Of a stretch of 64,000 bases of DNA, positions 43,198 through 53,083 are shown in pieces (position 1 is the stretch's first letter; every line of letters starts with the position of its first letter). This stretch comes from Alphaproteobacteria bacterium (GTDB lineage Bacteria > Pseudomonadota > Alphaproteobacteria > UBA828). The stretch covers positions 1,472,001-1,536,000 of the forward strand of contig CBDCCI010000002.1 in the NCBI GenBank assembly GCA_965214705.1, in the 5' to 3' direction. The notes under the pieces were generated by a model. It was not told where the DNA came from. It saw nothing but the letters and a program-made list of their open reading frames with translations, and searched no databases. A program made the translations under genes and the position numbers.

Positions 43198-43686
43198 TCA
43201 ACTCAGCCGGGCGACCACGTAGCCGAGCAGGCTGAGGAGGCGCTTCTTCTCGTCCTCGGAGAGGCCGTGGGTCGCGAGCGCGTTGACCTCCAGCGCCGCC
43301 GGCACCAGCTCGCCGCAGAGCTCGCGGCCCCGCTCCGTCAGCACCACGCGGCGCCGGCGGCCGTCCTGCTGGTCCTCCACACGGCGGATCAGACCGTCGC
43401 GCTCCATGCGCTGCAGGGTCCGCGCCGCCGTGGGCTCCTCGATCTGCTGACGGCGGCTCAGCTCCTTCTGGGTGAGGCTTTCCTCCTCCCAGAGCAGCAG
43501 CAGCATCGACCATTGCGCGACCGAGACCCCGTAGCGGCCCAGCCGCTCCTGCAACGCACGGGAGAAGAGGCGCGAGGCAAGAGAGACCAAGTGGGCGGTG
43601 CTTTCCTCGATCACGAACGGCGTGGCGCCGCTCGTCTCGTCTCCGCCCCGTGCCGCCGGCCGGCGGCGGATTACCGCGTATGACAC
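43198..43686 (-). CDS. MarR family transcriptional regulator
   Basis: QWSMLLLLWEEESLTQKELS, RMERDGLIRR, DGRRRRVVLTERG; start uncertain (GTG 43686 or 43614). Confidence 0.85.
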   Translation of the reverse strand: MSYAVIRRRPAARGGDETSGATPFVIEESTAHLVSLASRLFSRALQERLGRYGVSVAQWSMLLLLWEEESLTQKELSRRQQIEEPTAARTLQRMERDGLIRRVEDQQDGRRRRVVLTERGRELCGELVPAALEVNALATHGLSEDEKKRLLSLLGYVVARLS

Positions 43687-43884
43687 GGCACTCGCTCCCC
43701 TGACGACCCGCTTCAATCCTATGGTGCGCCGGCAGGCCCGGACAAGGAAGGGGTGCGGCAGGGCGGTATGCCGGGCAAGCCCGGAGCCATGCGGAAAACC
43801 ATTCAAACTGCCCGCCATCGCTGGCATAGTGCGCGCCGCGCCGCAGCCAGAGCCAGCGGGCGCGCCGGGGAGGCGAGGGGGGAC

Positions 43885-45207
43885 ATGGCACTTAGCGTGG
43901 CGATCGTCGGCTCGGGGCCGGCGGGTTTCTATACGGCTGATTCGCTCCTGAAGGCTGACCCGGAGTGCCGGATCGATATCATCGACCGGTTGCCGACGCC
44001 CTACGGGTTGATCCGCTTCGGGGTGGCGCCCGATCACGAGAAGACCAAGAACGTGATGCGTGGATTCGCCCGCACCGCCTCCGACGACCGCGTCAACTTC
44101 TACGGCGATGTCGATATCGGCGAGGCGCTCTCTCTCGACGAGCTGCGCGAGATGTACGACGCCGTGGTGCTGGCGGTCGGCGCCGCCCACGACCGGCGCC
44201 TCGGCATCCCGGGCGAGGACAAGGCCGGCGTGGTCGGCTCGGCGAGCTTCGTCAACTGGTACAATGCCCACCCCGACTTCGTCGACCGCACGCCCGATCT
44301 CGACACCTCGAGCGTGGTCATCATCGGCGCCGGCAACGTCGCCATCGACGTGGCGCGGGTGCTGGTCAAGACCCCGGCGGAAATGGCGGCGACCGATCTG
44401 CCGGACTACGCCGCCGACCCCATTCACAGCGCGCCCATCAGCGACGTCTACATGGTGGCGCGGCGCGGCCCGGTCGAGGCCAAGTTCACCAATGTCGAGC
44501 TGCGCGAAATGGGCCACCTGGAGCAATGCGTGCCCCAGGTCGCGGCCGCTGATCTGCCCGCTGAGGTGACCGGCGAGATGTCTCCGCGCGACCGCCGCGT
44601 GCGCGAGAAGAACCTGGAGACGCTCCGCGCCTTCGCCGGTCGGGAGGCCAATGAGAAGCCGAAGCGTGTGCACTTCGTCTTTTTCGCGAGCCCGGTCGAA
44701 ATCCTGGGCGGCGAGCATGTGGAGGCGGTGCGCTTCGAGCGCACGCGGGTCGAGAATGGCCGCGCCGTTGGCACCGGCGAGCATTACGAGATCGCCTGCG
44801 GTCTGGTGGTCGCCGCCGTGGGCTACCTCTCACTGCCCGTGGATGGCGCGCCCTTCGACCACAAGCAGGGCGTCGTGGTGAACGAGGAGGGCCGGGTCGG
44901 GCCCGGCCTCTACGCGGTCGGCTGGATCAAGCGCGGCCCGACCGGGGTGATCGGCACCAACAAGCCGGACGGCCGGGACGCAGCGCAGCAGATCATCGAA
45001 GACCTGGGTGTGGGTGGCGGCAAGCCCGGCCGCGAGGGACTGGAGGCGCTGTTGCGCGCGCGGGGGCGCCGTTGGATCGATTTCGAGGACTGGCAGCGGA
45101 TCGAAGCCGCGGAGATCGAGGCCGCTGCGGAAGGCGCGCCCCGCCGCAAGCTCTACCGCCAAGAGGATTTCCTGGCCGTCCTGGACGAGCAGCGCGCCGC
45201 CGGCTGA
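43885..45207 (+). CDS. ferredoxin--NADP+ reductase (adrenodoxin reductase/FprA-like)
   Basis: VGSGPAGFY, PYGLIRFGVAPDH, GAGNVAIDVAR, GWIKRGPTGVIGTN. Confidence 0.92.
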   Translation: MALSVAIVGSGPAGFYTADSLLKADPECRIDIIDRLPTPYGLIRFGVAPDHEKTKNVMRGFARTASDDRVNFYGDVDIGEALSLDELREMYDAVVLAVGAAHDRRLGIPGEDKAGVVGSASFVNWYNAHPDFVDRTPDLDTSSVVIIGAGNVAIDVARVLVKTPAEMAATDLPDYAADPIHSAPISDVYMVARRGPVEAKFTNVELREMGHLEQCVPQVAAADLPAEVTGEMSPRDRRVREKNLETLRAFAGREANEKPKRVHFVFFASPVEILGGEHVEAVRFERTRVENGRAVGTGEHYEIACGLVVAAVGYLSLPVDGAPFDHKQGVVVNEEGRVGPGLYAVGWIKRGPTGVIGTNKPDGRDAAQQIIEDLGVGGGKPGREGLEALLRARGRRWIDFEDWQRIEAAEIEAAAEGAPRRKLYRQEDFLAVLDEQRAAG

Positions 45208-45413
45208 GTACCGTCACCCAGCGTTGCTACGTTGGATGGGCGTGGCATGCATCAATCGTCGTCGTCGCCAATCGATCATTGGCGACCGGTCCTCACCACC
45301 TCAAGTACCCAACTGGCCTCCGCCATGGGGGTAGCGGGCAACTGAACGGCTTGAGGACGAACAGCTTAAGCGTGTCTTCGGCCAAAGCCAGGAAACGCCA
45401 GATCTCTGGATCA

Positions 45414-45818
45414 TTATCGCTCTAGTAGGCGGTAGGTAGCGCTCTCTCCCTTTCCTTTCTTCCGTATGGCGGTTACTTTATCTCCAGATACGATCAATAC
45501 TTGACAATCAAAGGGAAGCTTCTGGTCGTCGAGTTTTACGATTCTGCAATAGTATTTTCCTTTCCAAGCCCATTTCCCGGTCAGCTTTTTGTTGCCGACT
45601 TTTCCTGTTATTTTCCCATTTTCATGAATGTCTGCGTATCCATTTACCAGATCAATTCTCTTTCCAACGATTGTGGCCCTATACTGCTCTTCTGTCATGA
45701 TTCTCCCATCGACTACCGCCTCAGCTGAGCTCTCCTCAGCCTGGGCAAACTGCCCGAAGGCCACCGAGGCGACGAGTGCCAGGACGGCAATGAGGGAAAT
45801 GAGAGACCTTGTGCACAT
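45414..45818 (-). CDS. small secreted hypothetical protein with AT-rich mature part
   Basis: Signal peptide (..FAQA), GKW.W..YYC..DC beta-rich pattern; GGAGG upstream. Confidence 0.7.
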   Translation of the reverse strand: MCTRSLISLIAVLALVASVAFGQFAQAEESSAEAVVDGRIMTEEQYRATIVGKRIDLVNGYADIHENGKITGKVGNKKLTGKWAWKGKYYCRIVKLDDQKLPFDCQVLIVSGDKVTAIRKKGKGESATYRLLER

Positions 45819-46080
45819 CGCGAATTTCCTCCCTCAGTGAAGCACTTGTTTCGTAGTCTGCGTTAGCCAGTCTGGTGGGGACATCACTCGATGACCCAAC
45901 ATCCGCTATAGGCCCGAGAACAGTATATCGGCTGACCCCTCACGTAAGAAGTAAGTCGGACATCCGGTACTGCTGCGTGTCTCGTTGGCTACGCTCGAAG
46001 CATTCGCCGAGCCCTCTGGCGTGACATGCCGCCGAATTACGAGACACGCGGCCCGAGAATCTCAAGGAAACAACCGACAA

Positions 46081-46097
46081 ATAGGTCGGACCACTAG
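46081..46097. promoter_or_regulatory. putative GntR/FadR-type operator upstream of korA
   Basis: ATAGGTCGGACCACTAG contains the GGTCnGACC palindromic core. Confidence 0.45.
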
Positions 46098-46160
46098 ACA
46101 TCGGGGGCCGCTGGGAGTAAGTGAATCCTCCCGCCCCAGTCGGCTGACTCGGCGGGCTTC

Positions 46161-48044
46161 ATGGAGAATGACAGGGCCATGGCAGAAGCAGCATTGACGC
46201 TCGACGAGGTGCCGCGCGAGGAGCTGGAATCGGCCGTGATTCGCTTCGCCGGGGATTCCGGCGATGGCATGCAGCTTACCGGCGGGCGCTTTACCGAGAC
46301 CACGGCGCTCGCCGGCAACGATCTCACCACTTTCCCGGATTTCCCGGCCGAGATCAGGGCGCCGATCGGCACGACCTACGGCGTCTCTGCCTTCCAGATC
46401 AACTTCGGCTCGCGCAACGTGATGACCTCGGGCGATCTGCCGGATGTGCTCGTCTGCATGAATCCCGCCGCGCTCAAGGTCAATCTCTCCGAGTTGAGAG
46501 AAGGCGGCCTGATCATCGTCGATACCGGCACCTTCACCGACAAGAACCTGCAGAAGGCGGGCTACGAGGCCAATCCCCTCGATGACGGCAGCCTCGACCG
46601 TTATCGGATCATGGCCATCGACATCTCCAAGCTCACGCTGGAGGCGGTCAAGGAATGCGACGTCTCCAAGAAGGAAGGGCTCCGCGCCAAGAACCTCTGG
46701 ACCCTCGGCCTGATCTACTGGATGTACGACCGCGACGTGGCGGCGACGGTGGAGTGGCTCGGCACCAAGTTCAAGAAGCTGCCTAACATCGCGGCCGCCA
46801 ATATCGCATGCCTCAAGGCGGGGCACGCCTTCGGCGAGACGGCCGAGCTGCCAGATGGCGCGCTGGTCTACGAGATCAAGCCGGCGACCTTCCGGCCGGG
46901 GCTCTACCGCACCGTCACCGGAACGGAAGCGCTGGCCTGGGGCCTCGTGGCGGGATCGCAGCTCGCCGGGCTCAAGCTGGTGTTCAGCTCCTACCCGATC
47001 ACGCCGGCGTCTTCCGTGCTGCACGTGCTCTCCCGGCTCAAGGCCTATGACGTGGTGACCTTCCAGGCCGAGGACGAGATCGCCGCAGCCGGCGCCGCGA
47101 TCGGCGCCTCCTACGCCGGCGCCCTCGGCGTCACCTCCAGCTCAGGCCCCGGCGTCGCGCTCAAGACCGAGGCTCTGGGCCTCGCGATCACCGCCGAGCT
47201 GCCGCTGATCCTGATCAACTCTCAGCGTGCCGGCCCGTCTACGGGTATGCCGACCAAGACCGAGCAGTCGGACCTCTACCTCGCCGTCTACGGACGCAAC
47301 GCCGATGCGCCGCTGGTGGTACTCGCGGCGCGCTCGTCGGCCGAAGCGTTCGATGTCGCCATCGAGGCGGTGCGCCTCGCCACCCGCTACATGACCCCGG
47401 TGGTGGTGCTGTCCGATACCTTCATCGCGAACGCGGCAGAGCCGTGGCGGCTGCCCGATGTCGGTACGCTCGAGCCCTTCCCGGTGGCGTTCCACACCGA
47501 TGCGGAGGGCTTCCAGCCCTACCGGCGGGACGCGGAGACGCTGGCGCGGCGCTGGGTGAAGCCCGGCACGCCGGGTCTCGAGCACCGCATTGGCGGGCTC
47601 GAGAAGGACTACACGACGGGCAACGTTTCCTACGATCCCGAGAACCATCAGCGCATGACCGACGTGCGCCACGAGAAGATCGCCCGCATTGCCGACGACA
47701 TTCCCGAGCAGGAGGTCGATCAGGGACCCGCGCGAGGGCCCCTCGCGGTGGTCGGCTGGGGCTCAACCTACGGGCCGATCAGCCGGGCCGTCGAGCGCAG
47801 CCGGGAGGCGGGCATCAGCGTCTCCCACATCCACCTGCGCTACCTCAACCCGTTGCCGCGCAACCTGGGCGATCTGCTTGCGGGTTTCGACAAGGTGCTG
47901 GTGCCCGAGATGAACATGGGCCAGCTCACCACCGTGCTGCGCAGCCGCTACCTGGTGCCGGCCGAGAGCGTGCCCAAGGTCACTGGCAAGCCCTTCAAGA
48001 TCGCCGAGATCATGGACGCGATCCGCGCCCATTCGGAGGCATGA
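46161..48044 (+). CDS. korA: 2-oxoacid:ferredoxin oxidoreductase alpha subunit
   Basis: FAGDSGDGMQL, YPITPAS, QAEDEIAA, QRAGPSTGMPTK, PEMNMGQ. Confidence 0.93.
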   Translation: MENDRAMAEAALTLDEVPREELESAVIRFAGDSGDGMQLTGGRFTETTALAGNDLTTFPDFPAEIRAPIGTTYGVSAFQINFGSRNVMTSGDLPDVLVCMNPAALKVNLSELREGGLIIVDTGTFTDKNLQKAGYEANPLDDGSLDRYRIMAIDISKLTLEAVKECDVSKKEGLRAKNLWTLGLIYWMYDRDVAATVEWLGTKFKKLPNIAAANIACLKAGHAFGETAELPDGALVYEIKPATFRPGLYRTVTGTEALAWGLVAGSQLAGLKLVFSSYPITPASSVLHVLSRLKAYDVVTFQAEDEIAAAGAAIGASYAGALGVTSSSGPGVALKTEALGLAITAELPLILINSQRAGPSTGMPTKTEQSDLYLAVYGRNADAPLVVLAARSSAEAFDVAIEAVRLATRYMTPVVVLSDTFIANAAEPWRLPDVGTLEPFPVAFHTDAEGFQPYRRDAETLARRWVKPGTPGLEHRIGGLEKDYTTGNVSYDPENHQRMTDVRHEKIARIADDIPEQEVDQGPARGPLAVVGWGSTYGPISRAVERSREAGISVSHIHLRYLNPLPRNLGDLLAGFDKVLVPEMNMGQLTTVLRSRYLVPAESVPKVTGKPFKIAEIMDAIRAHSEA

Positions 48045-48045
48045 G

Positions 48046-49077
48046 ATGAACGATACCGTCGCGATCCCCGCGCTGACGCCGCAGGACTTCACCTCCGATC
48101 AGGAGGTCCGCTGGTGCCCCGGCTGCGGCGACTACGCCATCATCAAGGCGGTGCGCAAGGCGCTTGCCGAGATCGGCACCGACACCAAGGACGTGGTGTT
48201 CGTCTCCGGCATCGGCTGTGCGGCGCGCTTTCCCTATTACATGGACACCTACGGGTTCCACACCATCCATGGTCGCGCACCAGCGATCGCGACCGGGGTG
48301 AAGCTCGCCAATCCCGAGCTCGATGTCTGGGTGGTCTCGGGCGACGGCGACGGGCTCTCGATCGGCGGCAACCACACGCTGCACGCCCTGCGCCGCAACG
48401 TTGATCTCAATATCCTGCTGTTCAACAACGAGATCTACGGCCTGACCAAGGGCCAGTATTCGCCGACCTCGCGCGAGGGCACGCGCTCGCCGTCGACCCC
48501 GCTCGGCTCGGTCGACCATCCCTTGTCCGCGACCCGCTTTGCGCTTGGCGCCGGGGCGCGCTTCGTCGCCCGCGCGGTCGATACGGACCAAAAGCGGCTC
48601 CCCGACATCCTCAAGGCGGCGCATGCGCACAAGGGGACCTCGTTCCTCGAGATCTTCCAGAACTGCATCGTTTACAACGACGGCGCGTTCGATGCGTTTG
48701 CCGAGCGCAAGAACGCGCCCGAGACGCAGATCTTCCTGGAGCACGGCAAGCCGCTGATCTTTGGCAAGGAGCGGGACCGCGGGCTGCGGCTCGCGCCCGG
48801 CACCTTCTCGCTGGAGGTGGTGCCGCTCGGCGAGGGCGGCGTGGACGAGTCCGAGCTCCTGGTTCACGACCAGACCAACCGGCCGCTCGCCGGCATCCTG
48901 GCGGAGATGGAGCCGCCGGACTTCCCCATGGCACTCGGTGTGCTCTTCTGCGGCCCGGAAGAGAGCTACGAGGCGGCGGTCTATGCGCAGATCGAGGACG
49001 CCAAGGCAAAATCCAAGGCCGACGGAATCGACGCCCTGCTGCGGACCGGCCATACCTGGACAGTCGAGGCGCGCTGA
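48046..49077 (+). CDS. korB: 2-oxoacid:ferredoxin oxidoreductase beta subunit
   Basis: WCPGCGD, SGIGC, HGR, GDGD...NN TPP motif, YGLTKGQ. Confidence 0.93.
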   Translation: MNDTVAIPALTPQDFTSDQEVRWCPGCGDYAIIKAVRKALAEIGTDTKDVVFVSGIGCAARFPYYMDTYGFHTIHGRAPAIATGVKLANPELDVWVVSGDGDGLSIGGNHTLHALRRNVDLNILLFNNEIYGLTKGQYSPTSREGTRSPSTPLGSVDHPLSATRFALGAGARFVARAVDTDQKRLPDILKAAHAHKGTSFLEIFQNCIVYNDGAFDAFAERKNAPETQIFLEHGKPLIFGKERDRGLRLAPGTFSLEVVPLGEGGVDESELLVHDQTNRPLAGILAEMEPPDFPMALGVLFCGPEESYEAAVYAQIEDAKAKSKADGIDALLRTGHTWTVEAR

Positions 49078-49130
49078 TCGCCGATCCCGCCGCCCCGGCA
49101 CCCCGTCACTGACTGGCCCATGAGGCTGCG

Positions 49131-49847
49131 ATGATCGAAGCCTTGATCTTCGACGTCTTCGGCACGGTGGTCGACTGGCGCACCGGTGTCGCCCGCGAGG
49201 TCGAGGCCTTCTTCGCGGAGTCGGACCGGACGGTCGATTCCATCGCCTTTGCCGATTCCTGGCGGGCCAAGTATCAGCCCTCTATGGAGGAGATTCGCTC
49301 CGGTCGGCGCGGCTACACGGTGCTCGACGTGCTTCATCGCGAGAACCTGGACGCGACGCTCTCTGAGTTCGGGCTCGACGACGCCGTGGACGACGAGGGC
49401 CGTGTGCGCCTCAACCGGGCGTGGGAGAAGCTGCCGCCGTGGCCGGATGTGGCGCCCGGCCTTGAGGCCCTGCACAGCCGCTATCTGCTCGCGCCCTGCT
49501 CCAATGGCTCGATCGGGATGATGGCGCGGCTTGCGCGCTTCGCCGGGTTGCCTTGGGACGCCATCGTCGGCGCCGACATCGCGCACGACTACAAGCCGCA
49601 GGCGGCGGTCTACCGTGCCTCCGCCGCCGCGCTCGGCCTCGCACCAGAGGCCGTGATGATGGTCGCCGCGCACAACTTCGACCTCGCGGCCGCGCGCGAG
49701 GCGGGGCTGGCAACAGCCTTCGTGTCGCGCCCCGATGAGTACGGTAATGGCCCGGTCGGCACCCCCGATCTCGCCCCCAGCGACGACTGGGAGGCGGTGG
49801 TGCCGGATTTTCGGGCTCTCGCACGGCAAATGGGGGTGGCCGAGTAA
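49131..49847 (+). CDS. haloacid dehalogenase type II-like HAD hydrolase
   Basis: FDVFGTVVDW, SNG, YKP, VAAHNFDL. Confidence 0.9.
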   Translation: MIEALIFDVFGTVVDWRTGVAREVEAFFAESDRTVDSIAFADSWRAKYQPSMEEIRSGRRGYTVLDVLHRENLDATLSEFGLDDAVDDEGRVRLNRAWEKLPPWPDVAPGLEALHSRYLLAPCSNGSIGMMARLARFAGLPWDAIVGADIAHDYKPQAAVYRASAAALGLAPEAVMMVAAHNFDLAAAREAGLATAFVSRPDEYGNGPVGTPDLAPSDDWEAVVPDFRALARQMGVAE

Positions 49848-49875
49848 CGGTTGGGAATAATCCCGGTCCTATCGT

Positions 49876-50250
49876 TCAGCCTGCGGTCGCGGGCAAATCA
49901 ACCTTGATCAGCGATTCCGCTGGAATGCCCAGCCCCTGGTGCAGCCGCCAGATCATTCGCAGGCTTAGCGGGCGCTTGCGGTTGAGGACCTCATAGACCC
50001 GGCTTCGGCTCCCGATGTAAGGCACGAGATCCTTCGGTGCCAACCCGCTCTGCTCCATGTGATAGCGGATGGCCGCGATCGGGTCGGGCAAGTCGAGAGG
50101 AACGTGTTTTGCTTCCCACGCCTCGACGAGTGTCACCAGGACATCGAGACGGTCGCCCTCCGGGGTGTTGCGCTTCGCCGTCATCAGGCCCTCGATCTCC
50201 TTCAACGCGCGCTGATGGTCGCGTTTGGTCTTGATCGGTGCGATGTCCAT
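49876..50250 (-). CDS. higA: HigA-like HTH antitoxin
   Basis: PIKT..DH.RAL, LDVLVTLVEAWE, PDPIAAIRY.MEQ, RVYEVLNRKRPLSL.MI. Confidence 0.9.
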   Translation of the reverse strand: MDIAPIKTKRDHQRALKEIEGLMTAKRNTPEGDRLDVLVTLVEAWEAKHVPLDLPDPIAAIRYHMEQSGLAPKDLVPYIGSRSRVYEVLNRKRPLSLRMIWRLHQGLGIPAESLIKVDLPATAG

Positions 50251-50260
50251 CCTTCGCCTC

Positions 50261-50563
50261 TCAAATCGTCTGTGCATCGATGGCGTCGTAGTCACGGTGG
50301 CTACCGACGAACCGAATGTAGACGACACGGTACGGGTAGTTGATCCACACCACGATGCGGTACTTGTTGCCGGCGATGTTGAACACCGCGCGGCCGTCCT
50401 TGAGGATACTCGCGTTCCTGATGTCCCGCTTGACCTCGGCGGGACTGGCCCAGTCAGCCGCCCTGACTTGGCGATACCATGCCATCACCGGTTCACGGGC
50501 GTCGGCGTGAGAGCTCCTGGCGTCGACGAACCGCTTCAAGGTTGCAAGCGCGATGACCCTCAC
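50261..50563 (-). CDS. higB: HigB-like toxin (RelE superfamily)
   Basis: RVIA..TL, W.SPAEVK, VFNIAGNKYRIVV.INY, FVGSHRDYD; GTG start at 50563. Confidence 0.9.
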   Translation of the reverse strand: MRVIALATLKRFVDARSSHADAREPVMAWYRQVRAADWASPAEVKRDIRNASILKDGRAVFNIAGNKYRIVVWINYPYRVVYIRFVGSHRDYDAIDAQTI

Positions 50564-50579
50564 GGGAGAGAAGATAGTG

Positions 50580-50598
50580 TGATCCCAAATTGGGATCA
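50580..50598. promoter_or_regulatory. palindromic operator upstream of higBA
   Basis: TGATCCCAA-A-TTGGGATCA perfect 9-bp IR, 16 nt upstream of the toxin start. Confidence 0.7.
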
Positions 50599-50616
50599 AG
50601 CCGAAATTCGCTGTCA

Positions 50617-51414
50617 CTACTCCTTTGGCACGAGGCCGTGGCGGGCGAGGAATTCGAGCACGTAGGTCGGCAGGCCGAAGTCCACGAGGTCGGCGTGGTC
50701 GGCTTGGGGGATGAACACCGCCTCCTTGGGCTCGCGCGCGCGTTTGTGGAGTTTGCGCGCGAGGCGCACGGGGATGGTGCGGTCGCGCTCGCCGTGCACG
50801 ATGAGGACAGGCGCTGCGATCTTGCCGATCTTCGCGGCCGAATCGAAGCGGTCGACAATTAGCGGGCGGACCGGGAGCAACGGGAAGCAGCCCGAGGCGA
50901 TATCCACGACCGAGCTGAAGGGTGCTTCCAGCACCACGGCGGCTGGCGTCGCTTCGCGGGCAAGGTGAACCGCGACGCCGGTGCCGAGCGATTCGCCGTA
51001 GAGAATCTGCTGAGTATCGCTGCAGTCGCGGGCGCGCAGGAAGGCGCGTGCGGCGCGGCCGTCGGCGTAGAGGCCCTCTTCGGTCGGCGTGCCGGGGTTG
51101 CCGCTGTAGCCGCGCCAGGTGGTGAGCAGGACACCGAGCCCGGCGTTGAGATAGGCCCGCACCTTGAAGCCCCGCATACCGATGTGGCCGGCATTGCCGT
51201 GGAAATAGATCAGGCTCGGTGTGTCCGCGGCGCGGGGCGGGGCATACCAGGCGAGCAGCGCGAGCCCGTCCTCGGTCTCGAGCGTGACCGGTGCAAGCTC
51301 TGGAACGTCCGACTCGGCCGGCGTCGGCTGGGTCCGATCGGGATAGTAGGTGAGAGAGCGCTGGAACGCCGCCACCGGACCGGGCGGCCCGTGACGCCAG
51401 AGCCATCCAAGCAT
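50617..51414 (-). CDS. alpha/beta hydrolase
   Basis: YFHGNAG, RGYSG, GESLG nucleophile elbow, HGERD, DH. Confidence 0.9.
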   Translation of the reverse strand: MLGWLWRHGPPGPVAAFQRSLTYYPDRTQPTPAESDVPELAPVTLETEDGLALLAWYAPPRAADTPSLIYFHGNAGHIGMRGFKVRAYLNAGLGVLLTTWRGYSGNPGTPTEEGLYADGRAARAFLRARDCSDTQQILYGESLGTGVAVHLAREATPAAVVLEAPFSSVVDIASGCFPLLPVRPLIVDRFDSAAKIGKIAAPVLIVHGERDRTIPVRLARKLHKRAREPKEAVFIPQADHADLVDFGLPTYVLEFLARHGLVPKE

Positions 51415-51423
51415 CGTTCAACG

Positions 51424-51457
51424 AAAAGGGCACCGGGCGTTGGCTGCCCGGTGCCCT
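51424..51457 (-). terminator. Rho-independent terminator after the YccA-family gene
   Basis: 12-bp IR AGGGCACCGGGC / GCCCGGTGCCCT followed by a short T run on the minus strand. Confidence 0.75.
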
Positions 51458-51479
51458 CCGCCCCTATCCAGCCGCGCCG

Positions 51480-52196
51480 CTATTCGCGTGCGGCGCCAAA
51501 GAGATGCAGCAGCAAGATGAAGATGTTGATGAAGTTGAGGTAGAGCGAGAGCGCGCCCATCACCGACTTCTTCACCATGACCGCCTGGCCGTCGGTCTCG
51601 CGATAGACGTCCTTGATCCTCTGGGTGTCGTAGGCGGTGAGCCCGAGGAACACCAGAACGCCGATCACCGAGATCACGAAGTGAAGCAGCTCCGACTGCA
51701 GGAAGATGTTCACCACCATCGCGATGATGACGCCGATCAGGCCCATGAACAGGAACGAGCCCCACGAGACCAGCGAGCGCTTGGTGGTGTAGCCGTAAAG
51801 GCTCATCGCCCCGAACATGCCCATGGTGATGAAGAACACCCGGACGATGCTGGTCGCCGTGTAGGCCATGAAGATGTAGGAGAGCGAGGCCCCCATGAGG
51901 ATCGAGAAGGCCCAGAACAACCACTGCGCCGTGGTGTGCTTCATGTTCTGGATCTTGATTCCTAAGAAGAACACGATGCCGAGCGGAGCCAGCATGACCA
52001 CGAAGCCGAGGCCCGAGCCGTAGAGCACGTTGAAAAGCCCGGTATTGGCGATGATGTAGGCCGTGACGCCCGTGAGCGCGAGGCCCGAGGCCATGTAGTT
52101 GTAGACCCGGAGCATGTAGCTCCTGAGACCCTGGTCGACCTGTGCCTGGGTCAGAGTCGTGCCAGCGAACGGCTGGCCTTGCGTCCCGAGTGCCAT
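51480..52196 (-). CDS. Bax inhibitor-1/YccA family membrane protein
   Basis: DQGLRSYMLRVYNYM, YGYTTKR, AYDTQRIK, GALSLYLNFINIF. Confidence 0.92.
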   Translation of the reverse strand: MALGTQGQPFAGTTLTQAQVDQGLRSYMLRVYNYMASGLALTGVTAYIIANTGLFNVLYGSGLGFVVMLAPLGIVFFLGIKIQNMKHTTAQWLFWAFSILMGASLSYIFMAYTATSIVRVFFITMGMFGAMSLYGYTTKRSLVSWGSFLFMGLIGVIIAMVVNIFLQSELLHFVISVIGVLVFLGLTAYDTQRIKDVYRETDGQAVMVKKSVMGALSLYLNFINIFILLLHLFGAARE

Positions 52197-52318
52197 CGAA
52201 GCGTCCTCTAGTGCCCGCAAACTGTCGGATTCGAAGACTCATATTAGGTAGCCGGCGGCCCAGTTTCAACGCCTGGCCGCATTACTGTTTCTCCAGCGAC
52301 GAGCCTGCAGGCGGACGA

Positions 52319-53083
52319 TCAGGTCTCGGACGGGGGGCTTCCCGCGGTCCCGAGCGGGGATACCGGCGTGTTGAGCTTGCGGTAGGCGACCGAGACCACT
52401 GCCACCGGGATGCTCACGGTGAGGAAGGTCAGCGCGTTGAAGAAGGACACCATCGCGCCGGGCCCGAACGTGGCGAGAATCAACGATCCGAGCACGCCGC
52501 CGAGAAGGAACAGGATGACGGTAATCGCCACGAAGGAGAGCAGAATCGCGCCCACGAGCTGCAGCGTGGCGCCGCGCAACTTGCGTCGGGCGGCGAGGAG
52601 CCCCTGGTACTCGTCGACCGCCGTCGCCGGGAAGGCCAGCGCGAATGGTGCGGCGACGAAAAGCGTGATCAGCAGCAGCACCAGGACCAGCAGCAGGTCC
52701 TGCGCCTGCATCGCCACCAGGATGATCTCCTGCGGCAGCAGGAAGAGGATGAGCCGGCCGAAATACTTCACGTCCCGCATGCCGGGCCAGAACTGGACCG
52801 GCACGCTCGTATCCCGCGTCCCCAGCAGCAGGTAGCGGTGCCAGGCGACCGCGAACACCGAGAGCAGGAAGAGCCGAGCGAGCGCGTGGATGACCAGCAG
52901 CTCTTCGGAGGCCATGGACTCGAGGTCGAGTCGCATCACCGCCGGCAGCAGCACCGCCAGCACCATCGGCGCCAGCGCGAGCCCGAGCATGGTGCGGAAA
53001 TTGCGGAAGGTGAGTCGGAAGGCCTCACCGACCGTTTCATACACCCTGAGCCTCGGCGGCGAGGGGGCTCCGTGGCCGTACAT
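52319..53083 (-). CDS. hypothetical polytopic membrane protein
   Basis: Several hydrophobic segments, AVAWHRYLLLG; directly follows the permease stop. Confidence 0.7.
   Translation of the reverse strand: MYGHGAPSPPRLRVYETVGEAFRLTFRNFRTMLGLALAPMVLAVLLPAVMRLDLESMASEELLVIHALARLFLLSVFAVAWHRYLLLGTRDTSVPVQFWPGMRDVKYFGRLILFLLPQEIILVAMQAQDLLLVLVLLLITLFVAAPFALAFPATAVDEYQGLLAARRKLRGATLQLVGAILLSFVAITVILFLLGGVLGSLILATFGPGAMVSFFNALTFLTVSIPVAVVSVAYRKLNTPVSPLGTAGSPPSET

Noticed and set aside
43198-44784. 528-aa ORF ending in a MarR domain
   Set aside because: The N-terminal part is antisense to the ferredoxin reductase; only about 140-160 aa are real.
45208-45413. Integron attC site next to the AT-rich gene
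   Set aside because: No properly placed RYYYAAC/GTTRRRY pair and no integrase in the window.
50261-51433. 390-aa ORF suggesting a hydrolase-HigB fusion
   Set aside because: Only the last 100 aa are HigB; the rest is an off-frame overlap with the hydrolase, and an operator palindrome lies before GTG 50563.
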